In this document: positions 1-8,571 of the stretch, one piece after another
How positions within the stretch are numbered: position 1 is the stretch's first letter
Layout of the letters: each line of letters starts with the position of its first letter
Source of the DNA: Patescibacteria group bacterium
GTDB taxonomy: Bacteria; Patescibacteriota; Minisyncoccia; Phycocordibacterales; UBA1006
Direction of reading: 5' to 3'
Assembly: GCA_028286885.1 (NCBI GenBank)
Contig: JAQBQS010000007.1
Span: 17,645 to 81,644, forward strand
Length of the DNA: 64,000 bases
The notes under the pieces: generated by a model
The model's input: only the letters and a program-made list of their open reading frames with translations
What the model was told of the DNA's origin: nothing
Database searches by the model: none
Position numbers and translations under genes: made by a program

Positions 1-82
1 TGATGCGAACCAGTCGCCTATTACGCAGCAGCTTACGACATATTCGCCCTATACGCAGGGCAGCGGATCTGCTTCAAACTAA
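1..82 (+). CDS. 3' end of a CDS entering from upstream of the window (Q/S/T-rich C-terminus ...DANQSPITQQLTTYSPYTQGSGSASN*)
   Basis: Open frame from the window edge to TAA at 80-82, followed directly by a hairpin terminator. Confidence 0.3.
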   Translation, partial: DANQSPITQQLTTYSPYTQGSGSASN

Positions 83-91
83 TTATTAATT

Positions 92-119
92 AAAAAATCC
101 CCTTCGAAGGGGATTTTTT
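92..119 (+). terminator. Rho-independent terminator (aaaatcccc-ttcg-aaggggatttttt)
   Basis: Perfect GC-rich stem, 4-nt loop and a T-run. Seen directly in the sequence. Confidence 0.6.
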
Positions 120-192
120 AATCTGTAAGATTTTGTACTTTGCCCCGTCATCATTAACGGAAACCAAATTTTAATACTTAAAACTAAACAAC

Positions 193-309
193 ATGTCTGA
201 AGCTACACAAGGCAAACTTATCAAAGGTTTTTTAATCATTTCCGTAATCATCATACTTTCAGTCAGCACGGCTGTAGGCATGGGAATAATACCCGCGGCC
301 GCAAATTAA
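193..309 (+). CDS. Small hydrophobic peptide (38 aa, MSEATQGKLIKGFLIISVIIILSVSTAVGMGIIPAAAN), possible membrane peptide
   Basis: ATG-initiated ORF shorter than the 60-aa track cutoff, one predicted TM helix, followed by a bidirectional terminator at 325-356. Confidence 0.3.
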   Translation: MSEATQGKLIKGFLIISVIIILSVSTAVGMGIIPAAAN

Positions 310-324
310 AAGCAGTATGCAACC

Positions 325-356
325 AAAATCCCGCTTTTTAAAAGTGGGATTTTTAT
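325..356. terminator. Bidirectional hairpin terminator (aaaatcccgc...gtgggatttt)
   Basis: Stem-loop flanked by A-run and T-run, between the convergent ORFs 193-309 (+) and 358-828 (-). Confidence 0.55.
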
Positions 357-357
357 T

Positions 358-828
358 TTATGATTTTACAAATCCGTTTGCAGTTAGCATCCAGCGCTCG
401 TTGTAAATAACTCCGGCTGAATTTTTCTTTCTAATTGTAAACTGATTCCCAGAGACCGAATAATTTTGTGGAACAGTCCCGTCAGGATCTGCTGTATGCT
501 CGAGAATGATAGAAGGTAACGCATAAAACGTGTCTGTATTCTTGTCATACAAGTATGGAGTTCCGCATCCTGTCCCACAACCTACTAGCAGAATTTCATA
601 ATGCCCTGCAAAGTTTGCAGGATTATTTTGTGCAACACTAGAGGCATTGGTTAAGTGGGCATCGCCTTCGATTGGTGCAGCGACAAGTGGATAGGCTTGC
701 GAAGAAGCTGTCGGCGAGACTTGCTGATTAACAGGGGTAGGCGTAGCAACAACCTGCTGATTCAAAGGCACATTCGGCTCGTTCTGCGTGACAATTGGAG
801 CCGCAGAAGGCTTCGGAATAGCAAGCAT
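358..828 (-). CDS. Hypothetical protein (156 aa) with a C-terminal CGTGCG-containing domain, possibly membrane-anchored
   Basis: Track ORF. The in-frame sequence immediately upstream (829-900) encodes a TM helix (VILGIIAIALVVIIIM) with no ATG/GTG/TTG, so the true start may be non-canonical. Confidence 0.55.
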   Translation of the reverse strand: MLAIPKPSAAPIVTQNEPNVPLNQQVVATPTPVNQQVSPTASSQAYPLVAAPIEGDAHLTNASSVAQNNPANFAGHYEILLVGCGTGCGTPYLYDKNTDTFYALPSIILEHTADPDGTVPQNYSVSGNQFTIRKKNSAGVIYNERWMLTANGFVKS

Positions 829-916
829 GATAATGATGACAACCAGAGCAATTGCAATAATTCCAAGGATAACGTTCGTCGTTTTGTTCGTTTGCTTTGG
901 TCAATATTACCACTAA

Positions 917-950
917 AAAAAAAGCGGCGGAAACCGATGGTTGCCGCCGC
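917..950 (-). terminator. Rho-independent terminator after rpsR (gcggcgg...ccgccgc + T-run on minus strand)
   Basis: Long GC stem followed by T9 on the minus strand, immediately 3' of the rpsR stop. Confidence 0.6.
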
Positions 951-962
951 TTTTTGTTTGGA

Positions 963-1166
963 CTAAACCTCAATATAAGGCAAGAGTCCCATGAATCGCG
1001 CATACTTGATGGCCGTCGACAATTTTCGCTGGTTCTTCTTGCAAACGCCTGTTCGCTTTGAAGCCATGATCTTTCCTGACGGCGTCAGGAACTTGCGCAA
1101 AATTTCGAGGTCCTTGTAGTCAATATGCTTGATGTTGTTCTGCTTGAAGTAGCACTGAGTTGACAT
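963..1166 (-). CDS. rpsR: 30S ribosomal protein S18
   Basis: 67 aa with the S18 signature IDYKD...GKI..SKRTG.C.K.QR.L..AIK.AR...LLPY; follows ssb and rpsF. Confidence 0.9.
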   Translation of the reverse strand: MSTQCYFKQNNIKHIDYKDLEILRKFLTPSGKIMASKRTGVCKKNQRKLSTAIKYARFMGLLPYIEV

Positions 1167-1172
1167 AAGGGG

Positions 1173-1652
1173 TTAGAAAGGAATGTCTTCGGGATTGATG
1201 TCGTCTGACGGATATTCAATCGTATCTACGTCCGGAACGTTGTCGTCCTTCGGCTGCGCGCCGCCTGAGGATTCAGGAGCGTGGTATACGCCCGTGCCTC
1301 CCGAGGTAAACGATCCGCCTGTTGCGGGACGAGGACCAAATTGGAATTCCTCTCCGACGATTTCGGTTCGATACCGCTTCTGTCCGTCGGCTCCGTCCCA
1401 CGAGCGAGTCGTGAGTCGGCCTTCGACCAAGAGCGTCGATCCCTTGCGCATGTACTGCGCGATCGTTTCGGCGAGTTTTCCGTAGAATACGATGTTGTGA
1501 TATTCGGCGGCTTCCTGCTTCTTGCCCGCTGCATCCTTCCATGTGCGATTAGTAGCAATTGAAAAGTTGACAACTTTGTTTCCCGAAGGAAGGGCCTTGA
1601 GTTCAGGGTCGCGCGTCAGATTTCCGTAAAGAATTACCTTGTTGATGTACAT
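1173..1652 (-). CDS. ssb: Single-stranded DNA-binding protein
   Basis: OB-fold N-terminus, Gly-rich linker, acidic DDIPF C-terminal tail; sits in the rpsF-ssb-rpsR arrangement. Confidence 0.9.
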   Translation of the reverse strand: MYINKVILYGNLTRDPELKALPSGNKVVNFSIATNRTWKDAAGKKQEAAEYHNIVFYGKLAETIAQYMRKGSTLLVEGRLTTRSWDGADGQKRYRTEIVGEEFQFGPRPATGGSFTSGGTGVYHAPESSGGAQPKDDNVPDVDTIEYPSDDINPEDIPF

Positions 1653-1760
1653 AAATGTTAAATAATCGGCTAATTGATGATAATGGCAAATCTTGTTCGT
1701 ACAAGATGCGCACAGTGTACCACCATGGCTGAGAATGCGAAATGGGACTTTAAGTTCCTA

Positions 1761-2303
1761 TTATGCCTCCTTTACCATTTCTTTAATGTCGGCGTCGAGC
1801 TCGGCTTCTACGGCTTCCGGGGCGAGTTCAGCTTCGGGAGCTGCAGCTGGCGCCGCCTCTTCCTTCGCTTCTCCCGTCTCGTCTGACGTCAGAGCTTTTC
1901 GCTCTCCTTTGATCATCTTGCCAAGCGGCTTCTTACCGATAACCGTGTTCTCCCGTGTTGAGAGGATCAAGAGGTATCGGATGATACCGATGTTTGCGTC
2001 CATGAATTCCTTGACGAGGGCGATGCCTTTAGGCTCGATCTCGATCTTCACCCAGCCGAAGTAGGCCTGGTTGAAGCGGACATTTTTGTTGTCGATTACT
2101 CGCGTCATTTCGTACGCAAGGTCGATGAACTCCGGTGCGCCTTCAGAAATGACGGTCGCTCCGAACTTCGCGAGGGTTTCCTTGAGCTCGCTTACGCGGG
2201 TCTCGAGGTCTTCGTCCCGGACCGCTGGTGACAGAAGGTAGCCGATCTCATAGATTCGCGGCTCCAGCGTTTCGGTCGAAGGTGTTACTGTCTTTTTTGC
2301 CAT
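1761..2303 (-). CDS. rpsF: 30S ribosomal protein S6 with a long acidic/Ala-Glu-rich C-terminal extension
   Basis: YEIGYLL... S6 N-terminal core; operon context with ssb and rpsR. Confidence 0.85.
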   Translation of the reverse strand: MAKKTVTPSTETLEPRIYEIGYLLSPAVRDEDLETRVSELKETLAKFGATVISEGAPEFIDLAYEMTRVIDNKNVRFNQAYFGWVKIEIEPKGIALVKEFMDANIGIIRYLLILSTRENTVIGKKPLGKMIKGERKALTSDETGEAKEEAAPAAAPEAELAPEAVEAELDADIKEMVKEA

Positions 2304-2335
2304 GTTTATTATTGAAACTTGGTTAAATTGCTAAT

Positions 2336-2362
2336 AAAAACAAGGGTGTTAAACCCTTGTTT
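2336..2362 (-). terminator. Hairpin terminator between tatD and rpsF (aaacaagggtgttaaacccttgttt)
   Basis: Perfect stem with T-run on the minus strand, downstream of the tatD stop. Confidence 0.5.
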
Positions 2363-2389
2363 GACCGGATGAATATAGCACGGCAGGCT

Positions 2390-3190
2390 CTAAAAGTCCA
2401 GACCGAAAAACGCCTTGGCATTTTCAAGAAGACATGTGCGCACCTCTTCCTCGTCCAATCCTTTGAGCTCTGCGATTCTTTTTGCAACTTCAATCACCAT
2501 CCATGGCTCACAGGGTTTTCCTCGATAAGGTTTAGGCGCGGCAAACGGCGCGTCCGTTTCGATCATGATTTTATCCAAGGGAACGGCTTTGATCATTTCA
2601 TCATACTCATTCGTAAATGTAATTGGTCCATCGACAGATACTGTGTATCCCGCTTCGACAATTTTTTCCATACACTCTCGCGACCCGCTGAAAAAATGAA
2701 AATTCGCCTTACCCGAATAATTACAAGAATTCAAAACTTCAAGCGCATCATAATAGGCATCATCGCTTCCTTTCGATGCGCGGACATGAAGCATCAGCGA
2801 CTTCCCTACTTTTGCCGCAAGCGCGATATGCTTCTTGAAAACATCTTCTTGAATGCTTCGAGATTCGGGAGTATCCTCGTGAAAATAATCGAGTCCTGTT
2901 TCGCCGATCGCAACGACCGCTGGATGCACGGCAAGTTTTTCAAGTTCCTCGCCGTTGTATTCTTCAGCCTCCCCGCCGCACGCATGGCACGGATGAATTC
3001 CTACTGTTGCAAAGCACCATCCTGTATTCTCCTCGGCAATCTTTACCGCATCCCGACTTGTCGCAAGTCCCGTTCCGACCGTAATCGTCGCAACGCCGAG
3101 TTCGCGCATCTTCGCCAAAATCGCCTCCTTGTTTTCGGAGAGCGGAGAGAGATTGAGATGCGAGTGAATGTCGATGTATTTTATTTCCAT
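2390..3190 (-). CDS. tatD: TatD-family metal-dependent DNase/hydrolase
   Basis: IDIHSHLN start, a further His cluster (GIHPCHAC), and ETDAPF... motifs typical of TatD/YcfH. Confidence 0.85.
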   Translation of the reverse strand: MEIKYIDIHSHLNLSPLSENKEAILAKMRELGVATITVGTGLATSRDAVKIAEENTGWCFATVGIHPCHACGGEAEEYNGEELEKLAVHPAVVAIGETGLDYFHEDTPESRSIQEDVFKKHIALAAKVGKSLMLHVRASKGSDDAYYDALEVLNSCNYSGKANFHFFSGSRECMEKIVEAGYTVSVDGPITFTNEYDEMIKAVPLDKIMIETDAPFAAPKPYRGKPCEPWMVIEVAKRIAELKGLDEEEVRTCLLENAKAFFGLDF

Positions 3191-3260
3191 ATGATATTTT
3201 CATCTTACGCAATTCTAATAACTTTGCAATAAAAAATCCGCAGTTACATGCGGATTCTGA

Positions 3261-3479
3261 TTACCCTGAACTGTCTTCATAGAAACTGTAACAGCACTCA
3301 GTACACTCGATTTTACGATACGTCCTTGAAAAGTTCAAAATCTCTTCAGTTCTTTTATGCCCAAGAGAAATGCATTTTTTAACTTTCTCATGAATGTCAT
3401 CCCTGTTTTCAATAGGCTCTTCGCCTTCTAGATATTGGAAACGTCCTATCGTTTTTCCTTTTCCATCCTTTATATTCAT
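3261..3479 (-). CDS. Hypothetical small protein (72 aa) with a C-terminal CxxCC motif
   Basis: Track ORF with its own upstream sigma70-like promoter. No recognisable family. Confidence 0.4.
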   Translation of the reverse strand: MNIKDGKGKTIGRFQYLEGEEPIENRDDIHEKVKKCISLGHKRTEEILNFSRTYRKIECTECCYSFYEDSSG

Positions 3480-3503
3480 TTTCTCTTAAATTTTCTTGTC
3501 TTT

Positions 3504-3531
3504 ATTATATCAAGAATTTAAAATAAGTCAA
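3504..3531 (-). promoter_or_regulatory. Sigma70-like promoter TTGACT-N16-TATAAT (minus strand)
   Basis: Near-consensus hexamers about 20 nt upstream of the 3261-3479 ORF start. The -35 is the recurring TTGACTTAT motif. Confidence 0.55.
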
Positions 3532-4200
3532 CTATCTGAGTTCCTTCGCCCAGACGTAGTCTCTCGGAAACAATTTCATCGCGATAAAGAAAATTGTCGG
3601 CACCGCGAAGAGAGCACCTAGAACGTCAATCGAATAATGATAGTGTCCGGCAAGAACGACGAACGCCATCAGGACGCAGCCGAGAAGGAAGAACCAGCGG
3701 ATCGCCTTGTGATCCCAAAACAGGAATGCGACAAGAAGCGGCTGCGCAACATGTCCCGAGAAAAACAAATCCGCGCCCAAGAAATAATGCTGGAAAAGCC
3801 AAGGTATATGCGGCGGAAGAATTTCATCTGTCGGATACCCCAGGTGCGTGAGACATACCGATGCGGATCTCGCCAAGACAAGAAGCGCGCCGGCTTTCAT
3901 CATAAACGGAATCCTGCGCGGATACGCAGCCATTCCGATAATTGTTGCAGCCGCCAAAACCACCGGCCCATAGATGAACAGATAAAATACATTGATCGGA
4001 TGCGTATTGGACAAGATGACATCGCCGATGGGAATCCCCGCATGAGCCGTTGCATAGACGTTTGCAAACGAATCCGTCGCGAGCGAAATCGCAATGAATA
4101 CGACTCCGATGAGGGCCGACGTGATGAATGCATGATCATGCTCAAGCTTTCGCCAAGAATTTCGCCATGCTTGGTATCTTGTTTTGACTGATGATTTCAT
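3532..4200 (-). CDS. PAP2-superfamily membrane protein (phosphatidic acid phosphatase type 2-like)
   Basis: Multi-TM protein with SGH and HYxxDVLxG motifs resembling PAP2 acid-phosphatase motifs 2 and 3. Confidence 0.55.
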   Translation of the reverse strand: MKSSVKTRYQAWRNSWRKLEHDHAFITSALIGVVFIAISLATDSFANVYATAHAGIPIGDVILSNTHPINVFYLFIYGPVVLAAATIIGMAAYPRRIPFMMKAGALLVLARSASVCLTHLGYPTDEILPPHIPWLFQHYFLGADLFFSGHVAQPLLVAFLFWDHKAIRWFFLLGCVLMAFVVLAGHYHYSIDVLGALFAVPTIFFIAMKLFPRDYVWAKELR

Positions 4201-4203
4201 ATT

Positions 4204-5652
4204 TTATTCTTTACGCAAGAAGAGGGGCGCTTCCGGCTTTTTCTTTTCCCGCAACAATTGTTCAATTATTTTTGCAGTTTCAGGCATGACGGGCTGCAAG
4301 AGCACCGCAATGCGCGCGAGACCTTGCGCAACATGGCGCAAGTCATCATGGGCTCCTGCCTCGTCTACCTTTACCTTTTTAAAAGGCGCATTCTCGGCGA
4401 TAAAGAGATCAAGGTCGCCGATCTCGTCCCAAATAGCATCAACCGCCTTATTGATTTCAAACGAATCGTAGTTCGGATTTTTGATGTCGGCAAAATTCGG
4501 AAATTCGATTTTGGAAATGTCGACATCGTATGTCACGATCATGTTCATCGTTCGAGAAACAAGATTGCCGAGACCGTTTGCGAGATGCGCATTGTATGCA
4601 TCGAGAAAGCGCGATCGCGTAAACGGCGAATCTTCAAATGAGGAAATTTCCTTCGCAAGGAAAAGGCGAAGCGGCTCGATGCCGAACTCGGAAACGATAT
4701 CCGTTGGGTCGACACCATTGCCGAGAGTCTTTGACATGCGCACCCCCCCTTCGGCAGTAATATGTCCGTTGATAACGATCTGATGCGAATTGGGAAGTCC
4801 CGCCGCCATGAGCATGGCTTGCCACATTGCTGACTGGAAACGCAGGTTGTCCTTGCCGCAGTACTGCGTCGGATTTCCAAGTGTCCAGTATTTCTCAAAG
4901 TTGCCGTCCGTATCCGGCCAGCCAAGCGTCGAAATGTAATTGACCAGTGCGTCGAACCAGACATACATCACTTGCGAGTCGTCATCCGGCACTGGAATGC
5001 CCCACGGCATTTTTTCTTTCTTGCGAGAGATGGAAAAATCCTGCAGCCCCCTTTTGACGAACTCGCGGATTTCGTTGAAGCGGAAATCAGGCACGACAAA
5101 ATTCGGATGCGATTCATAAAATGCCAAAAGCTTTTCAGTAAACGCCGAATACTGGAAGAAATAATTTTCCTCGTCGATAAATTCGATCTCGCGTCCGGGA
5201 TGCAAGGGACACTCGCCATTTACAAGCTCAGAGTCGGTTTTTGTTTCCTCGCAGCCGACGCAGTATTTAGCCTTGTACGTATCCTTGTAAATGAAACCAT
5301 TGTCGCGTACGTGCTTCCAGAAAACTTGTGCGGCGGCTTCGTGTTTCGAATCCGTCGTGCGTACGAAGTGAATCTGATCTATGACGCCGAACTGCGCGAG
5401 CTGATGCTTGAACGTTTCAAATCCCTTGTCAACGAATTCTTGTGCCGAAATTCCGGAAGCCTCGGCCTGCTGGAAAATTTTCAATCCGTGCTCATCTGTT
5501 CCCGTATTGAAAAATACATCATATCCTGAAACCATTTTGGCACGCGCAATAATATCAGCCCGAACAAATTCGAGCGCATGTCCCATGTGCAGCGGTGCGT
5601 TCACGTACGGCAGCGTGGTCGTAATATAAAAAGGTTTCTTGTCCATATTCAT
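4204..5652 (-). CDS. metG: Methionyl-tRNA synthetase (short form, no C-terminal tRNA-binding domain)
   Basis: Class I HIGH-type motif (PLHMGHA), CxxC...CPxH zinc knuckle, KMSKT, FVRTTD and the LANGLGNLVSR anticodon-binding signature. Confidence 0.85.
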   Translation of the reverse strand: MNMDKKPFYITTTLPYVNAPLHMGHALEFVRADIIARAKMVSGYDVFFNTGTDEHGLKIFQQAEASGISAQEFVDKGFETFKHQLAQFGVIDQIHFVRTTDSKHEAAAQVFWKHVRDNGFIYKDTYKAKYCVGCEETKTDSELVNGECPLHPGREIEFIDEENYFFQYSAFTEKLLAFYESHPNFVVPDFRFNEIREFVKRGLQDFSISRKKEKMPWGIPVPDDDSQVMYVWFDALVNYISTLGWPDTDGNFEKYWTLGNPTQYCGKDNLRFQSAMWQAMLMAAGLPNSHQIVINGHITAEGGVRMSKTLGNGVDPTDIVSEFGIEPLRLFLAKEISSFEDSPFTRSRFLDAYNAHLANGLGNLVSRTMNMIVTYDVDISKIEFPNFADIKNPNYDSFEINKAVDAIWDEIGDLDLFIAENAPFKKVKVDEAGAHDDLRHVAQGLARIAVLLQPVMPETAKIIEQLLREKKKPEAPLFLRKE

Positions 5653-5720
5653 GAACTGTACAGTAAAATAAGGTTTTTTTCAAGAAATCAAAAATCCCAC
5701 ATGGGATTCTTGGAAATATA

Positions 5721-6731
5721 TTATGCAGCAGGAAGTTTTTTATGTTTGCCCGTATCGTAGATGAGTTCGAGAATAAGAACCGCAATCGGAATGGCAACAA
5801 GAACACCGATGATTCCGAAGAGTTCAAGACATGCGACGATCGACAAAATGATGACGAGCATCGGCATGCCAATTGTACGGTGCAAGATATACGGCTGGAG
5901 AAGATACGCATCAATATAGTGAAGAACTCCGTAGAAAATGAAGACATAAATCGCGAGCTGAAGTCCGCCTCCGAAATAGGCCAAGATGACCGCTGGCGCG
6001 AGCGCGAGCGCCGTTCCAAACGGAACGAACTCGAACACGAATGCGAGCGCCGAGAGAATCAAGGCGTACGGCACGCCCATCAGGTACAATCCCGCATAAC
6101 TCACCAGTCCAACGAGAATCGCGACGAAAACCTGACCTCCGAACCAATAGCCGATCTTTCGTTCAACACGGTTCCACAAATCGACGACATAATCCTCCTG
6201 CTTGTCAGGGACGACAACACGAAGAAACTGCTCGATTCCCTTTTCCTGAATCGCCAAATAAAATGAAATAATAACGACAAGAATTCCGTTCAATATTCCA
6301 CCGAAGAATCCGGAAAGAGTTCCGACGAAATCGCCTTGTCCCGAAAGCGCACTATTGGTAAAGATCGCCTTGAGCGTCGTACTGTTTAATCCGTTTGCAG
6401 CAACCGGCGAAAGAACTTTCACGAATTCGGAAGATTTTGGAAACAGATTCAAAAAATCGGAAAGCTCTGCGAGGAAGAGCGGAATGATCAGATAGAGAAT
6501 TCCAAAAAGGATCGCAAACCCAAGAATGTAAAAGAAGAAAACGGCAATCGGCCGCGGCACTTTCGCGCGCTTCAAAAGGCGCGTTCCCGCCTCGACGAAC
6601 GACGCGATAATAACCGAGACAAACACGACCATGATGAAGTTGCGCAGCTTCCACGCGACAAAGATTCCGGCAATCATCAAAAGGATTGTCCAAAGGGTCT
6701 TTGCGCTTACGTGAATCGAGACTTTTTCCAT
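5721..6731 (-). CDS. AI-2E family (PerM/UPF0118) membrane transporter
   Basis: About 336 aa with 7-8 TM helices and a sequence pattern typical of the AI-2E transporter family. Confidence 0.6.
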   Translation of the reverse strand: MEKVSIHVSAKTLWTILLMIAGIFVAWKLRNFIMVVFVSVIIASFVEAGTRLLKRAKVPRPIAVFFFYILGFAILFGILYLIIPLFLAELSDFLNLFPKSSEFVKVLSPVAANGLNSTTLKAIFTNSALSGQGDFVGTLSGFFGGILNGILVVIISFYLAIQEKGIEQFLRVVVPDKQEDYVVDLWNRVERKIGYWFGGQVFVAILVGLVSYAGLYLMGVPYALILSALAFVFEFVPFGTALALAPAVILAYFGGGLQLAIYVFIFYGVLHYIDAYLLQPYILHRTIGMPMLVIILSIVACLELFGIIGVLVAIPIAVLILELIYDTGKHKKLPAA

Positions 6732-6747
6732 GGGGCAAGTTTATCAC

Positions 6748-8013
6748 CTACGGCTTCAGTGTCAAAGCATTGGAAAAGTCCTGCCCAGCATGCGGACCAA
6801 TCAGCGCCAAATGGATATTTTCAGGCTTCAAATACTTCTTGGCAACACGCAAGATATCAGCTGATGTAACAGCACGAATATCACGTTCGATATCTTTGGG
6901 CATTTTCAAGGGCTGGCGCAAAATCGCCTGATTAGCTACATGAAACGCAATTGCATCCGACGATTCATTTCCCATGTAAATTCCCCCTGTCATAAATTCC
7001 TTGACCTTTGCAAGCTCGGCATCGCCGGCTTTCTTGGTTCTGATTTCATTGATTTCGCCCATGATCGCCGAAATGATTTCCCGAACGCGTTTCGGTTCCG
7101 TTCCGGTCGCAATGCTGAAATCTCCAATATCGTCCGATGACGCCTGTCCCGCGCGAACATAATATCCAGCGCCGAGTTCCTCGCGCAATTTCAAAAACAG
7201 CCGCGATGACATTCCCTGCCCCAGCATTCCTGTCATGACATTGATCGCATCGATATCCGGATGCCCTGCGGAAACAGTTCGAAGTCCTACTACGATATGC
7301 GACTGGTCGGTCTTCTTGTCCTTGATCATGATCTTGGCTCCTGTTGCCGACGTTACTTTTTTCTTGGCAATCACTTTTCCTGTTTGAATCGTTTTGAATG
7401 CTTCCGTCGCCTTTTTGATAACGTCAGTTTCGTCAATATTTCCAACGACAACAATAATTGTTTTTTCAGCAACGTAATGCTTGTCGCGATAATTTTTAAA
7501 ATCCGTCTGCGTAAATTTTCTGATATTTTCCTTGGGACCGAGCACTGTGTAGCCGAGCGGCTGATCACCGAACAGCGACTCGTTGAACAAGTCGCCCACT
7601 CGGCGCACCGGCGTATCCTCATACATGTCGATCTCACCCATGATCACGCCGCGTTCCTTTTCAATTTCCGCCTCCGGAAATGTCGAATTCAAGTAAACAT
7701 CCGACACAACATCGAGAAGATTCGGAAATAATTTTGCACGACCCTTGGCATAGTATCCGGTGTAGTCGTACCACGTGAACGCATTGGTGTCAGCGCCCAT
7801 TGCCTCAAGCTCGTAGGCAATTTCCCGATTCGTGCGCTTTGATGTTCCCTTAAAACACATATGTTCCAAAAAATGCGACAATCCGTTTGTTTCCTTGGTT
7901 TCAAATCGCGTACCGGCTTCTACCATTGCCAAAACGGTAACTGTCGGGTTCTCAGGCATCGCAACGGTAATAATGCGCAAACCATTTTTAAGTGTCTTCA
8001 TTTTTGCTTTCAT
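6748..8013 (-). CDS. M16-family zinc peptidase (insulinase/pitrilysin-like)
   Basis: Inverted zinc-binding motif HFLEH near the N-terminus plus a downstream Glu; 421 aa. Confidence 0.8.
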   Translation of the reverse strand: MKAKMKTLKNGLRIITVAMPENPTVTVLAMVEAGTRFETKETNGLSHFLEHMCFKGTSKRTNREIAYELEAMGADTNAFTWYDYTGYYAKGRAKLFPNLLDVVSDVYLNSTFPEAEIEKERGVIMGEIDMYEDTPVRRVGDLFNESLFGDQPLGYTVLGPKENIRKFTQTDFKNYRDKHYVAEKTIIVVVGNIDETDVIKKATEAFKTIQTGKVIAKKKVTSATGAKIMIKDKKTDQSHIVVGLRTVSAGHPDIDAINVMTGMLGQGMSSRLFLKLREELGAGYYVRAGQASSDDIGDFSIATGTEPKRVREIISAIMGEINEIRTKKAGDAELAKVKEFMTGGIYMGNESSDAIAFHVANQAILRQPLKMPKDIERDIRAVTSADILRVAKKYLKPENIHLALIGPHAGQDFSNALTLKP

Positions 8014-8126
8014 GCGCGGCAGTATATCACCACACCTAATAAATCGGAAAATTTTCCAATTTATTAGGTGTGGTGATATAGCAAAAATTGACCAAGAAAA
8101 AAGCCGGCGAAAGCCGGTTTAAAAAA

Positions 8127-8492
8127 TTATGCGTTGATAAGGCGCCTGACATGCGTATTGAACATTTCGCCTCCCTTTTCGCCGAGGCAAGGAACTCCGG
8201 GCATATCCGGTCCCAATGCTTCCCTGAAGCAATAGAGCGCCGTCGGCATGTCGAATGTTCCGATGTGATCCTTTACCGGTTTGAAATAAGAGTTGAACCT
8301 GATTCCTCCGTCAACGAGAATGTAGTCGTAACGCTTGTTCATTTCTTTCAAAAGGTTCTGTTCTTCGCGGAGTTCGTGAATCACAATGTTTCCTGCAAGG
8401 ACTTCCTTTTCAAGATCAGGATAGATGAAGCCTGTAAGCGATTGGCGCGTATTGATTGACGCGGCAATCAGCAGTATTTTCTTTTTTGCCAT
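8127..8492 (-). CDS. Hypothetical protein (121 aa), possibly Rossmann-like
   Basis: Track ORF with an upstream promoter-like motif. No confident family assignment. Confidence 0.5.
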   Translation of the reverse strand: MAKKKILLIAASINTRQSLTGFIYPDLEKEVLAGNIVIHELREEQNLLKEMNKRYDYILVDGGIRFNSYFKPVKDHIGTFDMPTALYCFREALGPDMPGVPCLGEKGGEMFNTHVRRLINA

Positions 8493-8520
8493 GGTTATTT
8501 AATTGGGTTTAGTTTGTAAT

Positions 8521-8549
8521 ACATTACATTATTTATTTAATAAGTCAAG
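8521..8549 (-). promoter_or_regulatory. Sigma70-like promoter TTGACT-N17-TAATGT (minus strand)
   Basis: Conserved TTGACTTAT -35 just after the glyQS terminator hairpin, about 30 nt upstream of the 8492 start. Confidence 0.45.
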
Positions 8550-8571
8550 CAAAAACACCCTTTCGGCGTTT

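Noticed and set aside
655-1003. Track ORFs 655-966 (+) and 728-1003 (-), 103 and 91 aa, low-complexity Arg/Cys-rich translations
   Set aside because: They span the rpsR terminator hairpin and the 5' region of the 358-828 gene. The composition is typical of out-of-frame reads, with no start context.
1183-1573. Several overlapping ORFs (1183-1485 +, 1226-1573 -, 1273-1542 -, 1281-1562 +) inside ssb
   Set aside because: Antisense or alternative-frame ORFs within a confidently identified ssb gene, with Arg/Ser-rich junk composition.
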